DNA from: Candidatus Staskawiczbacteria bacterium RIFOXYB1_FULL_37_44
Lineage (GTDB): Bacteria > Patescibacteriota > Minisyncoccia > Minisyncoccales > Staskawiczbacteraceae
Assembly: GCA_001822065.1 (NCBI GenBank)
Contig: MHPJ01000015.1
Coordinates: 7,186 to 71,185 of the forward strand
Length of the DNA: 64,000 nucleotides
Direction: 5' to 3'
Each line of letters starts with the position of its first letter. Position 1 is the stretch's first letter. The notes below the pieces were generated by a model. That model saw only the letters and a list, made by a program, of their open reading frames with translations. It had not been told where the DNA came from and searched no databases. The position numbers were made by a program, and so were the translations under genes. Positions 42,485 through 50,490 of this stretch are shown piece by piece.

Positions 42485-42685
42485 TTATGAGCGAGAAATT
42501 TCGCGCGCTTGAACCATGTCGTCCTCCATGTCGAAAAGCGGATTACAATACTCAATTAGAATTAGGCCGTTTTCATCGGGATCTGCGGCCACTTTTGCCA
42601 CAAGGCCGTTGCGTTCGTCCACAACGAGTTCGCCGATAAAAAACATGGATTCTCTAACGTCGCTTTCGGTAATTACGCTCGCCAT
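42485..42685 (-). CDS. Small acidic protein (66 aa) in a locally GC-rich patch
   Basis: Start set to MASVITESD, preceded by aaggag 7 nt upstream. No known motif. Confidence 0.4.
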   Translation of the reverse strand: MASVITESDVRESMFFIGELVVDERNGLVAKVAADPDENGLILIEYCNPLFDMEDDMVQAREISRS

Positions 42686-42822
42686 TTCAGACTCCTTTTG
42701 TCTTGAGGTTAGCGTATTTTCAATGACCTGCCACATTTAAATATTACCACAATTTTATAAAAAAACAAGCAATTTGGGGGTGTTGCTTTTGTCTACAAAA
42801 AGGGGTAAAATAAGAGAATATC

Positions 42823-43965
42823 ATGAGAAATAATATAATTATAAATGACGAAAAAGAGCAGGAATTAATTTTAGATCTGCAAAAACGTACAGACATTAAG
42901 GCAGAAAGAATTAAACGGCTTTTATCTTTGCCCGACCTCACAAAGAAAGAAAATTCTCCTGTAAAAATTATAAATGATAAAATATTGGAGCTACCAATAT
43001 GGGCTGATTTTGATATAGTTGATATTCCTAAAATTGTAACTGTTCAAGACGATTTCGATCTTTTAAATACGCCAAAGGACCATCCAAGCAGAAGAGAATC
43101 AGACACTTATTATTTGGATAAAACTCATATTTTGAGAACCCAGATGACCGTGATGTGGCCTTATTATTTTAGAGATAAAGAAGTTTTGGAGAGATTAAAA
43201 AAAGATGGTGAAGTCGGATCGCTGTCACCGGGAATTGTTTGGCGCAAAGACGAAATTGACCGTAAACATTTTCCGGCTTTTCATCAAACAGATTTTTTGT
43301 ATGTGTGCAGGAAAGATAAAAGAATTATTACGCTTAAAGAGCTGCAAGATGTTCAAGCAGATGCGGTAAGGACAATCTTTGGCGACATTGAATTTAGATT
43401 TTTAGTTGATACTTTTCCTTTTACCGACCCATCAACTCAAGTTGAAATAAATTGGGGAGGAAACTGGATTGAGATAACTGGAGCTGGGCTTGTGCATCCT
43501 AATTGTTTGAAAAATTTTGGATTGGATCCAGAAATTTATAACGGTTATGCCGGTACATTTGGATTGGACAGAGTTGCAATGGTAAAAATGGGAATTTCTG
43601 ATATCAGAATTTTTTGGTCTGAAGACCAGAGAATTACGAGTCAGTTTAAAGATATAAATTCAAAATACAAAGAAGTCAGCAAATATCCTGAAACTTCGCG
43701 CGATATATCTTTTATAATAGACAAGAATATAAATTTAAATAATTATTACGAAATTGTAAGAGATTTTGCGGAAAATTTAATTGAAGAAGTAAAACTGGTT
43801 GACAGTTATGAAGATGACGCAAAGTTTGGCAATAATAAAAAAAGTTATACATTCAGAATTATTTACCGCAGTCCGGAAAAAACTTTAACCAATGAAGAAA
43901 TTAATGTTATTCAAGAAAAAATCCGCATCAAAACAGCGCAAGACCTAAACGCAATTTTGCGATAA
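42823..43965 (+). CDS. pheS: Single-chain phenylalanyl-tRNA synthetase, mitochondrial (FARS2)-like architecture
   Basis: Class II core (DHPSRRESDTYYL, FPFTDPS, GAG..HPNCL, GLDRVAMVKMGISDIRIFW) fused to a C-terminal FDX-ACB-type anticodon-binding domain (SKYPETSRDISFII...YTFRIIYRSPEKTLTNEE). Confidence 0.8.
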   Translation: MRNNIIINDEKEQELILDLQKRTDIKAERIKRLLSLPDLTKKENSPVKIINDKILELPIWADFDIVDIPKIVTVQDDFDLLNTPKDHPSRRESDTYYLDKTHILRTQMTVMWPYYFRDKEVLERLKKDGEVGSLSPGIVWRKDEIDRKHFPAFHQTDFLYVCRKDKRIITLKELQDVQADAVRTIFGDIEFRFLVDTFPFTDPSTQVEINWGGNWIEITGAGLVHPNCLKNFGLDPEIYNGYAGTFGLDRVAMVKMGISDIRIFWSEDQRITSQFKDINSKYKEVSKYPETSRDISFIIDKNINLNNYYEIVRDFAENLIEEVKLVDSYEDDAKFGNNKKSYTFRIIYRSPEKTLTNEEINVIQEKIRIKTAQDLNAILR

Positions 43966-44078
43966 GTCTATTTGTATTGTCATTCCCGCGGAAGCGGGAA
44001 TCCAGAGTACGCAGGTTAACACATGTTAACCTGAAAATTAAAAAAAACGTTGGTTATCACGTGATAACCTTAAAAATT

Positions 44079-44822
44079 ATGAACGAAACACCAAGTAGCG
44101 AATCGCAAAATTTTGAGAGTGAAAATACCGATAAGGTTGAGAGGTATAAGGAGATGGTGGGTGATTCAAGGGCAATTTTTATTTTATCTGCCAGCGAAAG
44201 GGAAATAGGAAAAAGCGGAAAAAAATACAGGCCCGATTCTTATGGCGATTTGGACAATAAAAGCCTTTTGGCCGGAGGCCACGCCCGAGTTATAGCTGCA
44301 GCAGAAATCGGAAATTATTTTCCAGATATAAAATTGATAACAGACAGCGCGCCAGAGAAAGCAAAAGAATCTCTTGCAAAGATATACGCAGATGAACTTA
44401 AAAGGTTAGGAATCTCGGAGGCGCAAATTGATTTGGAGGAAAGATCAACAGATACCATCACTGAATTAGCTGAAATGATGAAAATTGCTAGAATAAACAA
44501 TTGGGAAAAAGTTGCCGTACTTACATCGGGATATCATGTTGAGAGAGTATCTGAGATGTTAAGCCATCTAAAGGAAATTATAAAGAATATGGGTATAAAA
44601 GATGGAGAATTTGATAATGCTTGGGAATATTTTGATGGGGGAAACAAATTAGAAGTTCGTTTTTTGTCGGCAGAAGAAATACTCCCTTTAAGAAATATAA
44701 AGTACCAAGAAATTATAGATAAGGTCAGAGATTCTGAATCATACAAAAAAAGAGTGGCATCAGAAAAAAGGGGCATTCAGCAAATAAGAGAAGGAACTTA
44801 TGGAGTAAAAAATAAAAACTAA
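44079..44822 (+). CDS. DUF218/YdcF-like protein
   Basis: Start moved past a REP-derived N-terminus. GGHARVIAAAE and LTSGYHVERV segments resemble the DUF218 family. Confidence 0.55.
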   Translation: MNETPSSESQNFESENTDKVERYKEMVGDSRAIFILSASEREIGKSGKKYRPDSYGDLDNKSLLAGGHARVIAAAEIGNYFPDIKLITDSAPEKAKESLAKIYADELKRLGISEAQIDLEERSTDTITELAEMMKIARINNWEKVAVLTSGYHVERVSEMLSHLKEIIKNMGIKDGEFDNAWEYFDGGNKLEVRFLSAEEILPLRNIKYQEIIDKVRDSESYKKRVASEKRGIQQIREGTYGVKNKN

Positions 44823-44824
44823 TT

Positions 44825-46909
44825 ATGATGAAATTAAATATAAAAGAAAAAGATGAGGAAAATATTGAGGCAGAGCCCGTGAAGGCCGAGTTTGCAATGA
44901 CTAAGGGGGCGAAAGAGCCTGCAAAAAAAGAAGAAAGAAAAACTGAAGTGAAAAAAGAAGAACCTAAAAAAGAATCTCCAAAAATAGAAGCGAAAAAAGT
45001 TAGAAAAGAAGGGGAGTACACTGCCAAAGACATTTATGTTTTAAAAGGATTAGAGCCCGTAAGATTACGTCCCGGAATGTACATTGGCTCTACTGGAATT
45101 GACGGCCTGCACCATTTAATTTGGGAAGTTGTGGACAATTGTTTAGACGAAGCAATGGCAGGATATGCCAAAAATATTGAAGTAACTTTACTGCCGAATA
45201 ACAGGGTAAAAGTTTCTGATGACGGCAGAGGAATTCCGGTTGAAAAACATCCCGACACAGGAAAATCAACTTTGGAAACCGTTCTGACAACTTTGCACGC
45301 GGGAGGAAAATTTGGCGGAGAAGCTTATAAGGTTTCCGGCGGATTACATGGCGTGGGAATTTCGGTTGTATGCGCTTTGTCCACCTATATGCTGGCTGAA
45401 GTCAAAAGAGACGGGGGAGTGTACCAGCAGGAATATTTCAGAGGAGCGCCAAAAACATCAGTCAAAAAAATTGGAGACAGCAAAAAAACCGGAACAACAC
45501 AGACTTTTGACGCAGACCCGCAAATTTTTTCAGAAATAAAATACGACCCAAAACGGATTTTGAACCATTTACGCCAGCAAGCATATCTGACAAAAGGGGT
45601 AAAAATAGCTTTTAAAGACGAAAGAATAAAAGGCGAAGAATCTTCCTACACATTCTATTTTGAAGGCGGAGTCGGCTCGTATGTAAAATATTTGGTTTTA
45701 GGAAATCATCCAAGGCATTCAAATATTTTTTCAATTTCAACGGAAAAAGACAATATTGCTGTTGAAGCAGCTTTTCAGTATACGCAGGAAATGGAGTGCA
45801 CCGAAGAATCTTTCGCAAATAATATTTATACAGTTGAAGGCGGAACGCATATTTCCGGATTTAGAACTGCGCTGACAAGATCATTAAATGACTATGCAAG
45901 ACGCGAAGGATTTTTAAAAGAAAAAGATGAAAATTTTTCAGGAGACGATGTTAGGGAAGGTTTGACCGCGGTTGTTTCTGTAAAAATTAGAACTCCGCAA
46001 TTTGAAGGCCAGACAAAAGCAAAACTGGGAAATCCCGAAGCAAAACCAGCCGTAGAAGCAGCCACGGCTGAAGGTTTGTCTGATTATTTGGAAAGAAATC
46101 CATCTGACGCAAAGTCTATAATTGAAAATTGTTTACTGGCAACCAAAGCCAGATTGGCTGCAAAGGCAGCAAGGCAAACAGTTTTGAGGAAGGGCGCCCT
46201 GGAGGGTTTGGCGTTGCCCGGAAAATTAGCAGACTGTCTTTCCAGAAAACCAGAAGAATCTGAAATTTATATTGTTGAGGGAGATTCCGCCGGCGGTTCA
46301 TCAAAACAAGCCAGAGACAGGCGGTTTCAGGCAATTTTGCCTTTGCGCGGGAAAATTTTAAATGTAGAGCGCGCCAGGCTGGACAAAATGTTGGCTTCAA
46401 AAGAAATTAAAGCTTTAATCATTGCCATGGGCACGGGCATTGGCGAAGATTTTGACATTGAAAAATTGCGCTATCACCGTATTGTAATTATGACCGATGC
46501 CGATGTTGACGGAGCTCATATTCGCACCTTGTTGCTGACATTTTTTTACAGGCATTTTAAACCTGTTGTTGACGCTGGCCACATTTACATTGCACAGCCG
46601 CCTTTGTATAAAATTTCTTTTGGAAAAAATGCGCAGTACGCGTATTCAGACGGCCAGCGCGATAAGATTGTAAAAGAAATGGGAAAATCTACCGCTTCAA
46701 TCCAGCGATATAAAGGCTTGGGAGAAATGAATCCCGAACAGCTTTGGGAAACAACAATGAATCCTGAAAACCGCACGTTGCTGCAAGTGGCCGTTGAGGA
46801 GGCTCACGAAGCAGATAAAACTTTAGACATTTTAATGGGGGAGGAAGTTGAACCTCGCAAAAAATTCATTCAAACCCACGCCAAAGCAGCCAGAAACATA
46901 GACATTTAA
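44825..46909 (+). CDS. gyrB: DNA gyrase subunit B
   Basis: LEPVRLRPGMYIGST, GGLHGVG, Toprim EIYIVEGDSAGGS and PLRGKILNVE motifs. Lys/Glu-rich N-terminal extension of about 65 aa. Confidence 0.95.
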   Translation: MMKLNIKEKDEENIEAEPVKAEFAMTKGAKEPAKKEERKTEVKKEEPKKESPKIEAKKVRKEGEYTAKDIYVLKGLEPVRLRPGMYIGSTGIDGLHHLIWEVVDNCLDEAMAGYAKNIEVTLLPNNRVKVSDDGRGIPVEKHPDTGKSTLETVLTTLHAGGKFGGEAYKVSGGLHGVGISVVCALSTYMLAEVKRDGGVYQQEYFRGAPKTSVKKIGDSKKTGTTQTFDADPQIFSEIKYDPKRILNHLRQQAYLTKGVKIAFKDERIKGEESSYTFYFEGGVGSYVKYLVLGNHPRHSNIFSISTEKDNIAVEAAFQYTQEMECTEESFANNIYTVEGGTHISGFRTALTRSLNDYARREGFLKEKDENFSGDDVREGLTAVVSVKIRTPQFEGQTKAKLGNPEAKPAVEAATAEGLSDYLERNPSDAKSIIENCLLATKARLAAKAARQTVLRKGALEGLALPGKLADCLSRKPEESEIYIVEGDSAGGSSKQARDRRFQAILPLRGKILNVERARLDKMLASKEIKALIIAMGTGIGEDFDIEKLRYHRIVIMTDADVDGAHIRTLLLTFFYRHFKPVVDAGHIYIAQPPLYKISFGKNAQYAYSDGQRDKIVKEMGKSTASIQRYKGLGEMNPEQLWETTMNPENRTLLQVAVEEAHEADKTLDILMGEEVEPRKKFIQTHAKAARNIDI

Positions 46910-46991
46910 GCTAATATTTGTAAAAACCGCGCGCTATTGACACGCGGTTTTTATTATGCTATAATTAAATAATAAGATAAGAGGAGGGTTT

Positions 46992-47144
46992 ATGGACAAT
47001 CTTGACGCGTTAGACGATTTGTCAGCGGGCAACCCGTCCCAGCCTCAGCCAGATTGGGTTGAGGAAGACATTATCTTTCATCGGCAGCAAGACCCCTTTC
47101 CTGACCATCGGGAAGACGAAGAGGCCATAACCGCTAACACGTAA
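46992..47144 (+). CDS. Small acidic protein (50 aa), below the ORF-track cutoff
   Basis: Hand translation MDNLDALDDLSAGNPSQPQPDWVEEDIIFHRQQDPFPDHREDEEAITANT. Strong SD (gaggagg) 4 nt upstream. Locally GC-rich. Confidence 0.3.
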   Translation: MDNLDALDDLSAGNPSQPQPDWVEEDIIFHRQQDPFPDHREDEEAITANT

Positions 47145-47301
47145 GCGGATGCTGTTGAGAAGGTTTGGCCCTGCGAAGTTGCAATTTGCGCTCGTGGGGC
47201 TTTTTTATTATTTTGTGGTATAATAGTTTAAAGCCTTGACTTAAATGCAGGATTCGGCTATCATAAAAATAGATAGCCCCGCTTGCGGGGTTTTAAAAAA
47301 C

Positions 47302-47496
47302 ATGGCAATTACACAAAAAGCAAATATATTTTTTAAGGAAGTTTTGGTTGAAATGAAAAGAGTAAGCTGGCTTTCGCAGAAAGATGTTTTAAGGTACACA
47401 CTAATTGTATTGGGAGTTACAATTGGCTCGGCTGCATTTTTGGGGGGATTGGATTTTATTTTTACAGAAATAATTAAAAGATTTATCCTAAAATAA
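47302..47496 (+). CDS. secE: Preprotein translocase subunit SecE
   Basis: FFKEVLVEMKRVSWLSQKDVLRYTLIVLGVTI pattern. Position immediately upstream of nusG. Confidence 0.85.
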   Translation: MAITQKANIFFKEVLVEMKRVSWLSQKDVLRYTLIVLGVTIGSAAFLGGLDFIFTEIIKRFILK

Positions 47497-47497
47497 A

Positions 47498-48046
47498 ATG
47501 GCAAAGCAACAAATAGAACAAGACCGAAATTGGTATGTTATACATACTTATTCCGGGTATGAAGACGCAGTTGCAAAAAACCTCAAACAGAGGATCGAAT
47601 CTTTGGCAATGGAAGATAAAATTTTTAACGTGATTGTCCCCAAAGAAAAGAAAATAAAAATTAAAAACGGAAAAAGAAAAACAGTTGAAGAAAAAATTTA
47701 TCCAGGCTACGTGCTTGTGGAAATGGTTGTTACCGACGAGTCATGGTATGTTGTTAGAAATACGCCAAGAGTAACAGGATTTTTGGGGGCGGGGACAACG
47801 CCAATTCCGGTTTCAAAAGTTGAAATGGAAGACTTAATAAAGCGTATGGATGCGGGCGAGCCGGAGTTTACAATTGATTTTGAAATTGGAGCCACAGTAA
47901 AAGTTAATGACGGGCCGTTTAAGGGTTTTGAAGGAAAAGTTTCAGAAATTGACAAAGAAAGAGGGAAAATAAAAGTTTTGGTAAATATGTTTGGAAGAGA
48001 TACGCCAGTGGAACTGGATTCTTTGCAAATCAAAAAAGTTTCTTAA
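47498..48046 (+). CDS. nusG: Transcription termination/antitermination factor NusG
   Basis: WYVIHTYSGYE NGN domain and C-terminal KOW (VKVNDGPFKGFEGKVSEID). Confidence 0.95.
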   Translation: MAKQQIEQDRNWYVIHTYSGYEDAVAKNLKQRIESLAMEDKIFNVIVPKEKKIKIKNGKRKTVEEKIYPGYVLVEMVVTDESWYVVRNTPRVTGFLGAGTTPIPVSKVEMEDLIKRMDAGEPEFTIDFEIGATVKVNDGPFKGFEGKVSEIDKERGKIKVLVNMFGRDTPVELDSLQIKKVS

Positions 48047-48158
48047 ATAACACTAATATACAAATTTTATAACTAATCTACAAAAACACTAATCTACAAA
48101 TTCGTAATTCGGATTTTTGCAGATTAGGATAAAATTAGTAGATTAGTATTATACCCTA

Positions 48159-48584
48159 ATGGCAAAAGAAATAAAAGCTATTGTAAAAATACAAATCCCA
48201 GCTGGTAAAGCAACTCCGGCGCCTCCAATTGGACCGGCCTTGGCCCAGCACGGTTTGAATATTGCGGAGTTTTGCCAAAAGTTTAATGCGGCAACTCAGC
48301 AATTGGCAGGTTACAAAATTCCGGCAGAAGTTACAATTTATAAAGACAGGTCTTATGTTTTTAAATTGAAAACTCCTTTGGCAGCCGAACTTATAAAAAA
48401 AGTAATTGGAATTGAAAAGGGAAGCGGAGTTCCAAACAAAACCAAAGTTGGAAAAATTACAAAATCCCAATTGAAAGAAATTGCCGAGAAAAAAATGCCC
48501 GACCTAAACACCACAGATATAGAACAGGCAATAAAAATTATTGCCGGCACCGCCAAAAACATGGGCGTGGAAGTAAAAGATTAA
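48159..48584 (+). CDS. rplK: 50S ribosomal protein L11
   Basis: [26 protein letters not shown] signature. Confidence 0.95.
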   Translation: MAKEIKAIVKIQIPAGKATPAPPIGPALAQHGLNIAEFCQKFNAATQQLAGYKIPAEVTIYKDRSYVFKLKTPLAAELIKKVIGIEKGSGVPNKTKVGKITKSQLKEIAEKKMPDLNTTDIEQAIKIIAGTAKNMGVEVKD

Positions 48585-48744
48585 ATCTAAATTAAACAAT
48601 AAAAAGCAGTTCTGTAAAGAATTGCTTTTTATTTTACATAAGTGGTAGAATGGGTATACTAAAATTATTAAATTCACCCAGTTAGATAATTTTGCTTTGG
48701 CAAAATTAAAATCCCGAAGGATTTTATTTAACCGGGAAAAAAAT

Positions 48745-49338
48745 ATGGAAAATCAAAAACACGTTCGTCCATCATGGGATGATTATTTTTTAAATTTATT
48801 AGAGCCAATTGGAAGCAGGGGAAGCTGTGACAGAGGCAGGAGTGGAGCTGTAATTGTTGGGTCAGGTCACACAATAATTGCAACCGGATATGTGGGAGCT
48901 GCTCCGGGGCAGCCGCATTGCGACGAAGTTGGGCATATGATGAATACTGTTATTCATGAAGACGGAACCCAGTCTCAGCATTGCGTCCGAACCTTGCATG
49001 CGGAAGAAAATGCAATTTTGCAATGCGCGAAAGACGGTATAAGCGTTGCGGGCTCTACAATTTACACAAAAATGGTTCCTTGTTATAATTGCGCAATGAG
49101 AATTGTAAGAGTTGGAATTAAGAGGGTGGTTGCAACAAAAAGATATCATTCCGATCAATTGTCGGTAAAACTTTTTAGGGATGCAGAAGTTAATTTGGTA
49201 GTTATGGATAATGCCGTGGAAGAATACAAAAATCAAAGCAATACAGTGAATGATACGCCAAAAGAATTTAAAAGCATAAAAGAAATTTTTGTAGAACAGG
49301 GGAAAACAATAGATGTTAATAAAATAGAACAAGCTTGA
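48745..49338 (+). CDS. dCMP deaminase (ComEB/Dcd-type zinc deaminase)
   Basis: Start at MENQKHVRPSWDDYF. HAEENAI and PCYNCA zinc-binding motifs. Confidence 0.85.
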   Translation: MENQKHVRPSWDDYFLNLLEPIGSRGSCDRGRSGAVIVGSGHTIIATGYVGAAPGQPHCDEVGHMMNTVIHEDGTQSQHCVRTLHAEENAILQCAKDGISVAGSTIYTKMVPCYNCAMRIVRVGIKRVVATKRYHSDQLSVKLFRDAEVNLVVMDNAVEEYKNQSNTVNDTPKEFKSIKEIFVEQGKTIDVNKIEQA

Positions 49339-49341
49339 ATC

Positions 49342-50490
49342 ATGGATAAAAATGACGAGCAAATTTTAGTGGTGCCGAGCGAAATTATTTTTGCTAAGGA
49401 AAAATGGCAAGGATTAAAAACAGACAATCTTGATTATTATTTGGATTTGATAAAAAATAATTGCCAGTTCAAAAGAAGGGGTGACATGGAAAATGATCCG
49501 TCTTTCCAACAGATAATTCCATATATGCTGTTTAGTTTTGGCGATAAATTTTTTGCTTATAATTATTTAAAAAACGCGGGAGAACAGCGTTTGGTAAACA
49601 CAGACTACCAGCTCGGTGTGGGTGGCCATATAAACAAAGACGACATAAATGGAGACACAGACGTTTTGGAAACCGGCATGGCGCGAGAGTGGGAAGAAGA
49701 AGTGGATTTTAAAGGGAATTTTTTGCAAAAAAGATTGGTTGGCATAATAAATGACGACTCGCGCGAAGTGGAAAAAGTGCATTTGGGTTTGGTTTATCAT
49801 TTTGTTGGAGACAGCCCAGAAATTCTTGTTAAAGAAACAGATAAAATGAAGGGCAAACTTTTTGACCTAAAAGATATTTCAGAAAATATCAGCCACAGCC
49901 CGTGGATGCAAATAGTCTACAAAAATTATTTATTTAAGTTTTTAAAAACTAAAAAAATTATCGGCGTAACCGGAGAAATTGGGGCGGGCAAAGATACTTT
50001 TTGCCAGTATGTAAAAGAAAACTTTCCAAATGTTTCTATCTTTAGATTTTCTGATGCGTTGACAGAAGTTTTAAAAATATTTTTTGATTCGGTAAAAAGG
50101 GATGACCAGCAATGGATCAGCACTCAATTAAGAGAAAGATTTGGTCAGGATATTTTGGTAAAAGCCTTGATTAAAAAAATAAACAATATAAGCGAAGGAG
50201 TAGTTATTTTAAATGGAGTTCGTAGGCCCGGAGATTTTACGGCTTTAAAACAAATTGCCGGAAAGCTTGTTTATGTAGGAGCTGACGTAAGAAAGAGATG
50301 GGAAAGAGTTGTGTTAAGAAAAGAAAAAGCAGATGACGATGTGCCTTTCGAAAAATTTTTAGAGCTGAGCGGAGCCGAAGCCGAGCAGCAAATTTCCGCA
50401 ATTGGCGGACAAGCTGATTTTAGAATAGAAAACAACGGCTCAAAAGAAGAATTTTTTTCACAAATAAAAAAAGTAATAGATTTAATATAA
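49342..50490 (+). CDS. Fusion: Nudix-like hydrolase domain plus P-loop nucleotide kinase domain
   Basis: N-terminal half has a Nudix-box-like GGHINKDD..ETGMAREWEEEVDF. C-terminal half has Walker A GVTGEIGAGKDT, resembling dNMP/dephospho-CoA kinases. Confidence 0.6.
   Translation: MDKNDEQILVVPSEIIFAKEKWQGLKTDNLDYYLDLIKNNCQFKRRGDMENDPSFQQIIPYMLFSFGDKFFAYNYLKNAGEQRLVNTDYQLGVGGHINKDDINGDTDVLETGMAREWEEEVDFKGNFLQKRLVGIINDDSREVEKVHLGLVYHFVGDSPEILVKETDKMKGKLFDLKDISENISHSPWMQIVYKNYLFKFLKTKKIIGVTGEIGAGKDTFCQYVKENFPNVSIFRFSDALTEVLKIFFDSVKRDDQQWISTQLRERFGQDILVKALIKKINNISEGVVILNGVRRPGDFTALKQIAGKLVYVGADVRKRWERVVLRKEKADDDVPFEKFLELSGAEAEQQISAIGGQADFRIENNGSKEEFFSQIKKVIDLI

Noticed and set aside
43977-44078. 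N-terminal 34 codons of ORF 43977-44822 (MSFPRKRESRVRRLTHVNLK...)
   Set aside because: This stretch translates the REP-like element and palindromes. The start was moved to the ATG at 44079.
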